The notes: generated by a model from the sequence alone, not told the origin. A stretch of 53,421 nt of DNA from a virus (IMGVR_UViG_3300013126_002137:1-53421); one strand, 5' to 3'; shown: positions 1-5,610, counted from the stretch's first letter. Numbers and translations: made by a program.

Positions 1-7
1 ATGGACG

Positions 8-448
8 GTGAAGGTGATAGTAAACAGAAAAGTCGTAGGTACAGTTTGCCTAATGATAGCGACCTTTCTGAACCCCCTAGGGTTCGACATATTGGTTTAC
101 AAACTGATGCAATTAACCAAAGATTACTGGAGTACAATGTACATTCTTTATGGATTAGCATTTGTATTCTTCTCGTTGTCGCACTTATTTTTTAGATTAA
201 AAAAAAGAGTTTTAGGAAATTTATTGGTAACAATAGCATTATTTTTAAACCCATTGGGTTATGATGTTGTTGTTTACGGTATTACATTATTAACAAATAA
301 TTATTGGATAACTATGACAATTATGTATGCATTAGCATTTGTTTTTTTCGGATTTTTTATGTACCTTTACAAAATAAATCCAATAACACTTATTAAACAA
401 CAAATTATTGGGTTACACAGAAAATTTTTAAAAAAAAAAGTACAATGA
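8..448 (+). CDS. Membrane protein with an internal tandem duplication
   Basis: Hydrophobic; two similar halves FLNPLGFDILVY...YWSTMYILYGLAFVFF and FLNPLGYDVVVY...YWITMTIMYALAFVFF; GTG start at the window edge, may be 5'-truncated. Confidence 0.75.
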   Translation: MKVIVNRKVVGTVCLMIATFLNPLGFDILVYKLMQLTKDYWSTMYILYGLAFVFFSLSHLFFRLKKRVLGNLLVTIALFLNPLGYDVVVYGITLLTNNYWITMTIMYALAFVFFGFFMYLYKINPITLIKQQIIGLHRKFLKKKVQ

Positions 449-858
449 AAACATTTGATGAACTTTTTGATGAGTTTTTTAACGAAAACGATAAAGGTAA
501 AAAAAGAGGTAGAAAACCAAAAACTAAAAATGATGAATTTGGTGATGAACTTAAAAACCTTATGAATACGTTATCAAATTTTAAACAAATAACCGATGCT
601 GATGAACAATTTGAAATTGATAATGAATTCGGTGAACCAGATAGAGTAGAATTTTTCAGAGATGAAGATTTATATTTTAAAAGGTCTGTTTGGGTAGTTG
701 AGGACAGTGAAGTAGTGAAATTAGAAGTATCTGACCAACCATTCGATATTGAAGAACCTAAATCATTGGAAGAATTATTACAAGATGCATTAGATAGTGA
801 GAACTATGAATTAGCAGCTGAAATAAGGGATGAAATGAATAAAAATAAAAAAAATTAA
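445..858 (+). CDS. Hypothetical protein with C-terminal UvrB/UvrC (UVR) motif
   Basis: LEELLQDALDSENYELAAEIRDEM fits the UVR coiled-coil motif. Confidence 0.75.
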   Translation: MKTFDELFDEFFNENDKGKKRGRKPKTKNDEFGDELKNLMNTLSNFKQITDADEQFEIDNEFGEPDRVEFFRDEDLYFKRSVWVVEDSEVVKLEVSDQPFDIEEPKSLEELLQDALDSENYELAAEIRDEMNKNKKN

Positions 859-876
859 AAAAAGTTGCAAAAAAAA

Positions 877-908
877 CTTGACAAATCGAAAAATAGTTTG
901 TACATTTG
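877..908 (+). promoter_or_regulatory. Bacteroidota primary-sigma promoter (-33 (T)TTG / -7 TAnnTTTG); representative of about 29 copies
   Basis: CTTG at 877-880, TACATTTG at 901-908. Other -7 boxes start at 1521, 3567, 5333, 7880, 11581, 15835, 20832, 26747, 28860, 31610, 33339, 35872, 37425, 38934, 41963, 44602, 45318, 45602, 46229, 46574, 47119, 48530, 49383, 50510, 51217, 51564, 52660 and 53403, all just upstream of + strand genes or RNAs. Confidence 0.9.
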
Positions 909-964
909 CAATATAAAATTAAACTTTTAGAAAAAACAATATATTTAAATAATACAAAAGCGAA

Positions 965-1054
965 ATGAAAACAATAGTTATGACATATCAACCGAAACAG
1001 TATACGCAAGGGAAACCTAGCGTGACGGGTGAGTCATATCTATTAAGTAACTAA
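965..1054 (+). CDS. Putative attenuator leader peptide MKTIVMTYQPKQYTQGKPSVTGESYLLSN (29 aa)
   Basis: Lies between the promoter (901) and a terminator (1080); its 3' end overlaps the predicted antiterminator; not in the ORF track. Confidence 0.7.
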   Translation: MKTIVMTYQPKQYTQGKPSVTGESYLLSN

Positions 1055-1086
1055 CAGAAATTTTAGTTATTGATATTTCAAGCCCG
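1026..1086 (+). promoter_or_regulatory. Predicted antiterminator hairpin
   Basis: CGGGT(1026-30)/GCCCG(1082-86), GAG/TTC, ATATC/GATAT, AGTAACTAA/TTAGTTATT; sequesters the 5' arm of the terminator. Confidence 0.65.
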
Positions 1087-1118
1087 ATTTCAGAAATGAT
1101 AATCGGGTTTTTTGTTTT
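1080..1118 (+). terminator. Intrinsic terminator upstream of the tRNA cluster
   Basis: AAGCCCGATT-TCA-GAAA-TGA-T-AATCGGGTTT followed by TTTGTTTT. Confidence 0.85.
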
Positions 1119-1175
1119 AGGTACCTATGCCTCCCAAAAAAATAGGAACGTTATTTGACATGTTGGTTTATTCAT

Positions 1176-1249
1176 AGAGTAGTAGAGGAATGGCTTATCT
1201 CGCTCGGTTTGGGACCGAGAGCATGTGGGTTCGAATCCCACCTATTCTA
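1176..1249 (+). tRNA. tRNA-Pro(TGG)
   Basis: Acceptor AGAGTAG/CTATTCT, anticodon arm CTCGG-TTTGGGA-CCGAG, T arm GTGGG-TTCGAAT-CCCAC; atypical A1-U72; no encoded CCA. Confidence 0.9.
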
Positions 1250-1306
1250 CGTCAGACTGTTATTAATTCATAGACCGTGAACAACGGAGCGTAGAATTAA
1301 CATTAA

Positions 1307-1394
1307 CTGGATGTGTAGTCAATTGGAAGACGACCCGTTTTGGAAACGGGAATGGGTGTAATGCCTTATGCTGGTTCGAGTCCAGTCATTCAGA
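1307..1394 (+). tRNA. tRNA with TGG (Pro) anticodon and a long variable arm
   Basis: Acceptor CTGGATG/CATTCAG, A73; CCCGT-TTTGGAA-ACGGG; 19-nt variable region; T arm GCTGG-TTCGAGT-CCAGT. Confidence 0.75.
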
Positions 1395-1404
1395 CAAAAT
1401 ATAA

Positions 1405-1477
1405 TGTCCTATGGTGTAATTGGCAACACGTCTGATTTTGAGTCAGAAGAGTCTAGGTTCGAGCCCTAGTGGGACAA
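1405..1477 (+). tRNA. tRNA-Gln(TTG)
   Basis: TGTCCTA/TGGGACA, TCTGA-TTTTGAG-TCAGA, CTAGG-TTCGAGC-CCTAG. Confidence 0.92.
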
Positions 1478-1542
1478 CAAAAAAAAAGATGAAAAACTTG
1501 CATATGTAAAAATTAGTTTGTACATTTGCAATATAATATTAA

Positions 1543-1608
1543 AAGATAGTTTCAGCAAATTAACTATACATCAAACTTTTATTTTGAACACGTAAGAAAA
1601 GCTATCTT
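1543..1608 (+). ncRNA. CAGCAA stem RNA carrying a Lys-like anticodon stem-loop
   Basis: Terminal stem AAGATAGTTT/AAGCTATCTT, then CAGCAA, internal hairpin TCAAA-CTTTTAT-TTTGA; first RNA after promoter 1521. Confidence 0.6.
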
Positions 1609-1615
1609 GTTATTT

Positions 1616-1697
1616 GGGGGTGCGCCAAAGTGGGAGAGTTGGGGCAGACTGTAAATCTGTTGCTTCGGCTGAGTAGGTTCGAATCCTACCACCCTCA
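1616..1697 (+). tRNA. tRNA-Tyr(GTA)
   Basis: GCAGA-CTGTAAA-TCTGT, variable arm GCTTCGGC, T arm GTAGG-TTCGAAT-CCTAC. Confidence 0.93.
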
Positions 1698-1706
1698 CTA
1701 AATTAT

Positions 1707-1779
1707 GCCTTTGTAGCTCAGCTGGTAGAGCAATTGATTTGTAATCAATAGGTCGTAGGTTCGAACCCTATCAAAGGCT
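1707..1779 (+). tRNA. tRNA-Thr(TGT)
   Basis: GCCTTTG/CAAAGGC, ATTGA-TTTGTAA-TCAAT. Confidence 0.95.
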
Positions 1780-1783
1780 CATG

Positions 1784-1864
1784 TGTTAATTAGGGTCGAG
1801 CCAGATTTTGCCACGATTAGCAACAGAAGAAAGAACCTAGAGCTGGCCGTGACTGTCTTTCTTC
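1784..1864 (+). ncRNA. Putative structured spacer RNA (two hairpins with complementary loops)
   Basis: Stems TGTTAAT/ATTAGCA and GAAGAAAGA/TCTTTCTTC; loop-loop complements TAGG/CCTA, GCCAG/CTGGC, CACG/CGTG. Confidence 0.45.
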
Positions 1865-1871
1865 GAAAAAT

Positions 1872-1944
1872 GCAGATATCGTATAATGGCTTATTATACT
1901 AGCCTTCCAAGCCTGGGATTTCAGTTCGATTCTGAATATCTGCT
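1872..1944 (+). tRNA. tRNA-Gly(TCC), anticodon stem with mismatches
   Basis: GCAGATA/TATCTGC, loop CTTCCAA; stem CTAGC/GCCTG has two mismatches. Confidence 0.8.
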
Positions 1945-1988
1945 CTCAGCCAGTTGTTATGTCTGGTGAAAATTAAAACATAACGAAT

Positions 1989-2061
1989 GCTGAAATAGCT
2001 CAATTGGTAGAGCACTTCACTAGTAATGAAGAGGTTATCAGTTCGATTCTGATTTTTAGCT
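1989..2061 (+). tRNA. tRNA-Thr(AGT)
   Basis: GCTGAAA/TTTTAGC, CTTCA-CTAGTAA-TGAAG; anticodon AGT at 2022-2024. Confidence 0.9.
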
Positions 2062-2120
2062 CAAAAAGAGGGGTAACTTGTGTGGGTGCCTCAAAGGACA
2101 GCTGCCTTACCACACTCTAT

Positions 2121-2192
2121 GCGAGAATAGCTCAGTGGTAGAGCGTTACCTTGCCAAGGTAAGGGTCGTGGGTTCGAATCCCATTTCTCGCT
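2121..2192 (+). tRNA. tRNA-Gly(GCC)
   Basis: GCGAGAA/TTCTCGC, TTACC-TTGCCAA-GGTAA, canonical T arm. Confidence 0.95.
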
Positions 2193-2197
2193 CAATA

Positions 2198-2296
2198 AGT
2201 AGGATACACGTGCAGTAATGTACGGATTACGCCAAATAACGGATAATTACCGTTTGATGAAGGGATATAAATGAGTGGTTCCCTTTAAGTCCTACT
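2198..2296 (+). ncRNA. Putative four-way-junction RNA
   Basis: Closing stem AGTAGGA/TCCTACT with hairpins CGTGCA-GTAA-TGTACG, AACGG/CCGTT and AAGGGA/TCCCTT. Confidence 0.45.
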
Positions 2297-2448
2297 GACG
2301 TTATTAAAAATATACTGGTTTTTGATACCGCTTTACCGTTAGGAAAATCCTTATAAGGGCTGAGATTTTATATCAAGCGTAGCAAACGGTCTTAGGAGAT
2401 TAACAGAATACAAAGGGGGTATGACGGATGCAGAGAGAGGCATATTAT

Positions 2449-2578
2449 GGGGGTGTTGAAATGTTAGATAAAATCACATTCTGCCTTTATGTTAAAAAGA
2501 ATGTTTGCAGCAAAAACAAATATTATTCACGCAAACTGTAAATTTGATAAAACGTTGGTGCAATTCCAGCCGCCCCCA
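2449..2578 (+). ncRNA. tRNA/tmRNA-like RNA with an internal CAGCAA stem and a Tyr-like anticodon loop
   Basis: Acceptor GGGGGTG/CGCCCCC-A, T arm GTTGG-TGCAATT-CCAGC, internal ACATTCT/AGAATGT stem followed by TTGCAGCAA, hairpin CAAA-CTGTAAA-TTTG. Confidence 0.65.
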
Positions 2579-2582
2579 CTAA

Positions 2583-2639
2583 GCATATTATAATATGCAA
2601 AAGACATAAAAAATAATATAAACGCATAATATAATATGC
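2583..2639. repeat. Two copies of the 16-bp palindrome GCATATTATAATATGC
   Basis: Perfect at 2583-2598, one mismatch at 2624-2639; partial copy GCATATTAT at 2440-2448. Confidence 0.8.
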
Positions 2640-2660
2640 AAATTTAAAAACTTTAAAATT

Positions 2661-2702
2661 ATGAAAACTTTTATCAACATTAAGCGAAAGAAAAAACGAT
2701 AA
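2661..2702 (+). CDS. Putative Lys-rich leader peptide MKTFINIKRKKKR
   Basis: ATG after an A/T-rich leader, 5 Lys codons, stop followed directly by hairpin 2703-2732 and then tRNA-Lys; not in the ORF track. Confidence 0.65.
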   Translation: MKTFINIKRKKKR

Positions 2703-2748
2703 GGCACTCGGCCTAAGCTGGTTACGAGTGTCAATAGGTAAACTATAA

Positions 2749-2820
2749 CCTCTCGTAGCAAACAAGTGTAGGCAACGGACTTTTAATCCGTGGGGTCTGG
2801 AGCGTTACCAGACGGGAGGA
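2749..2820 (+). tRNA. tRNA-Lys(TTT), atypical D and T loops
   Basis: CCTCTCG/CGGGAGG, ACGGA-CTTTTAA-TCCGT, T arm TCTGG-AGCGTTA-CCAGA. Confidence 0.85.
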
Positions 2821-2897
2821 CAATTTTAAATTAATTTTTAATTTTTTAATCTTTACAAGTTCGATTTTATATTTATATTTATAATAAAAATATATTT

Positions 2898-3503
2898 ATG
2901 AAAGAATGTCCGAAATGTAAAAAAAATCATGATAAAAATGGTAAATTTTGTTCTAGGTCATGTGCTAATAGTAGAACGTGGACTGATGAAGATAAAATAA
3001 AAAAATCAGAATCAGCTAAAAAATCAGAAAAAGTTATTTTAAGTAATCAGAATAAAAGTAATGAAATTTATACTAAAATAGCTGAAACAAAAAAGAAAAA
3101 ACATAAAGAAAAAATATTAAATTCAGAATATTCTGAATTAAGTTTTGAATCATTAAGGTTTAGAATTTTATATGAACAAGACTGTAAATGTAATCGTTGT
3201 GGTTTAAATGAATGGTTAGGTAAAGATATACCCTTAGAATTAGAACATAAAGATGGTAATCATTATAATAATCAAAGGGAAAATTTAGAATTGTTGTGTC
3301 CTAATTGTCACGCATTGACGGATACTTGGAGAGGTAGAAATAAAACTAAAACTAGATTAACAATATCTGATGAAGAACTATTTAATGCTTTGATGACTAA
3401 TGATTGGAATATGAGACAAGCTTTATTAGATGTTGGGTTATCAGCTAAAGGTGGTAATTATAAAAGATGTCATACTTTAAAACGAGAATTTGAAAATTTA
3501 TAA
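2898..3503 (+). CDS. HNH homing endonuclease with N-terminal zinc ribbon
   Basis: CPKC...FCSRSC; LELEHKDGNHYNNQRENLELLCPNCH. Confidence 0.9.
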   Translation: MKECPKCKKNHDKNGKFCSRSCANSRTWTDEDKIKKSESAKKSEKVILSNQNKSNEIYTKIAETKKKKHKEKILNSEYSELSFESLRFRILYEQDCKCNRCGLNEWLGKDIPLELEHKDGNHYNNQRENLELLCPNCHALTDTWRGRNKTKTRLTISDEELFNALMTNDWNMRQALLDVGLSAKGGNYKRCHTLKREFENL

Positions 3504-3517
3504 ACCAACATGATGTT

Positions 3518-3550
3518 AATGCACGATATTTGTCGTGCATTTTTTGTTTT
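3518..3550 (+). terminator. Intrinsic terminator
   Basis: AATGCACGA-TATTTG-TCGTGCATT plus T run. Confidence 0.8.
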
Positions 3551-3578
3551 ATTCAAAACTTATTATTACATTTGCATT

Positions 3579-3947
3579 ATGAAAAAAGAACAATATGCTA
3601 GATTAGTTGAACTCATTGGCAAAGAGAAAGCTGATGAGGTGAGAGAAAACTTTAATAAACATAAAGCAGAAAAGAAACAACAACAAGAAAAAGAAGCTAC
3701 CGAATTAAAAGAAATGGTTGATAAAATGATACCTAAAGCTGACTTAAAAGACGGTGTTTATTATAATGGTCATAGATGGAGAGGTAAACATGTTGCAATG
3801 TGGGATGGTGATAAGAAAGTATTTTTAACTATCAACTTTACAATGGGTAATTTCTTTTTGGAAGAATTAAATCACTTTGAAGATGTTGCTGAAACAAGAA
3901 TTGATGGGTTTATACCTTTTATTGAGATAGAAAAGTTTACTTTATAA
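3579..3947 (+). CDS. Hypothetical protein (probably leaderless mRNA)
   Basis: ATG 4 nt after the -7 box; the ORF-track start at 3510 overlaps the terminator and promoter. Confidence 0.75.
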   Translation: MKKEQYARLVELIGKEKADEVRENFNKHKAEKKQQQEKEATELKEMVDKMIPKADLKDGVYYNGHRWRGKHVAMWDGDKKVFLTINFTMGNFFLEELNHFEDVAETRIDGFIPFIEIEKFTL

Positions 3948-3979
3948 TATTTTTTGATATTTATTGGAAAAGAATAAAT

Positions 3980-5104
3980 ATGAAAGATTTACTTAAAATA
4001 TTATTAAGAGAAAACTTACTTAATGAGATTGATTGGCAAGGTAGATTCAGTGATGTGTCTAAAAAACCAATGAGTCATGATGAGGCTAAAGAATATTTAG
4101 CTAAAGTTGTTGGTAATTGCAAGTTAAAACCAGTACAAAGAGAGACAACACCTTTAGATAAACCATATATTCACTCAAAGAAAATACCACAAACACAAGA
4201 AGGTGAAATAGATATTGAAAGTTTTATATCTGATATAACAAAAATGCCAAAAGACATTCTTAGTGTTAATTCTAAAATGGAAAAGTCTAAGGATGATAAT
4301 AGTCTTTCAGTTAATATTGGTATTCCAGCATTGAGAGGTTTAGTGTATGATATCGATGAAAAGACTTTCTATATTGTAAACACATGCCCAGGTGCTGGTT
4401 CATGTGCCCTTATCTGTTATGCTAGAAGAGGTAGTTACGTTATGTTCCCAGATGTGTTCGTAAAACAGACCAGAATACTTAACTTATTATTGAATTACCC
4501 AGACAGATTTGAAAAGTTGTTACTTAGAGAATTAGAATCATTTGCCTTAAAAAACCCAGATAAAGAAATTCAGATGAGATGGAATGATGCTGGTGATTTT
4601 TTCACTACTGATTATTATGAAATAGCAACAAGAATAACCAAACAACTAAAATCTGAGGGTTATAATGTAAAATCATATGGTTATACTAAAATGGGTGATG
4701 TTGTTAATTTATCCGACCCAGATGTAACTATAAACTTCTCTGATGATGCTAATAAAAGAGAAACTAGTAAAATAAAAGATTTAAAAGGTGCTAAAAAATC
4801 AGTTATTGTCCCTAAAGACGTGTTTGATGACTTATTAGTTAAAGACGCTAAGAATAGAAATTACGAAACAAACGAAAAAGGTAAAGTAATGTTTATTGAT
4901 GGACAAAACGGGGTAAACGAATTAAAACGTAGATTAGCTAAAAAATATGATGTCGATGCTAGTACTATCGTGACTTATGATGAGTTATTAAAAATACCTA
5001 AAGGTGACGAACTAATGTATAGTGTTATTGTGATGCCTAAAGGTGATGGTGACGTAGGTGCGCAAAGAAATGATGTAAGGACTAGTTTCTTATTATTCCA
5101 TTAA
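3980..5104 (+). CDS. GP88-like Cys-motif (radical-SAM-like) phage protein
   Basis: TCPGAGSCALICYARRG and RWNDAGDF, YGYTK motifs. Confidence 0.7.
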   Translation: MKDLLKILLRENLLNEIDWQGRFSDVSKKPMSHDEAKEYLAKVVGNCKLKPVQRETTPLDKPYIHSKKIPQTQEGEIDIESFISDITKMPKDILSVNSKMEKSKDDNSLSVNIGIPALRGLVYDIDEKTFYIVNTCPGAGSCALICYARRGSYVMFPDVFVKQTRILNLLLNYPDRFEKLLLRELESFALKNPDKEIQMRWNDAGDFFTTDYYEIATRITKQLKSEGYNVKSYGYTKMGDVVNLSDPDVTINFSDDANKRETSKIKDLKGAKKSVIVPKDVFDDLLVKDAKNRNYETNEKGKVMFIDGQNGVNELKRRLAKKYDVDASTIVTYDELLKIPKGDELMYSVIVMPKGDGDVGAQRNDVRTSFLLFH

Positions 5105-5105
5105 C

Positions 5106-5133
5106 AAAAAAGGGGCGATTAAGCCCCTTTTTT
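5106..5133. terminator. Bidirectional intrinsic terminator
   Basis: AAAAAAGGGGC-GATTAA-GCCCCTTTTTT between convergent genes. Confidence 0.9.
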
Positions 5134-5136
5134 ATT

Positions 5137-5280
5137 TTACCCTTGACCAACGTATTTCTTTTTATAATTCTTAGATTTCTTAGAATTTGAATTCTTTTTC
5201 TTTGAATGTACGCCTGGTCTTTTTCTTTTTGGTTTAGCGATTCTAACGCTACTAGTTGATTGTTTGGTTGCTTTTGCCAT
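5137..5280 (-). CDS. Small basic protein (47 aa) ending KKKYVGQG
   Basis: MAKATKQSTSSVRIAKPKRKRPGVHSKKKNSNSKKSKNYKKKYVGQG; TATTTAT upstream on the - strand; converges on the terminator; not in the ORF track. Confidence 0.8.
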   Translation of the reverse strand: MAKATKQSTSSVRIAKPKRKRPGVHSKKKNSNSKKSKNYKKKYVGQG

Positions 5281-5355
5281 AATGATAACGTTTTTATGTT
5301 AATAAATACTTGATAAATTCGATTTTTTAATGTAAATTTGTTAAAAAGATTATCT

Positions 5356-5610
5356 ATGAAAAATTTAATTTATATTGATGTTGATACAGAAAGAGAAAAA
5401 CCTATATTAATTGGTAAGGGTGCTGAAGTTTCATCCCCTACAAATAAAGAGGAAGCACGTGATATGATTATCAACGATATAAGATGTGTTTGTGAAACAT
5501 TATGTATTCTTATTGAAGTTGCTGACCAAAATCAATATGCAAAAAAGGGTGAATTAATTACTGAATCAATTAAACAATTAACAAAAATGCTTATGTATGA
5601 TGAAAAATAA
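5356..5610 (+). CDS. Hypothetical protein
   Basis: ORF after promoter 5333; ATG at 5356 preferred. Confidence 0.7.
   Translation: MKNLIYIDVDTEREKPILIGKGAEVSSPTNKEEARDMIINDIRCVCETLCILIEVADQNQYAKKGELITESIKQLTKMLMYDEK

Noticed and set aside
1-195. 64-aa ORF in another frame over the first gene
   Set aside because: Overlaps 8-448, which has a coherent internal protein repeat.
2066-2119. Possible HDV-like (theta) ribozyme after tRNA-Thr
   Set aside because: P1/P2 order is similar, but there is no J4/2 with the catalytic C and no convincing P1.1; kept only as a pseudoknot.
2243-2296. Hammerhead-like TTGATGA between two stems
   Set aside because: Core is not CUGANGA and there is no GAAA after the second stem.
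2449-2578. Canonical tmRNA (ssrA); GCAAAC at 2531 resembles a resume codon
   Set aside because: Only 130 nt, no G3-U70, and the GCA AAC frame has no stop before the T arm.
3510-3578. Longer upstream starts in the ORF track (3510, 5338, 11578, 31615, 50495)
   Set aside because: These extensions run through terminator or promoter sequence; downstream ATGs were chosen.
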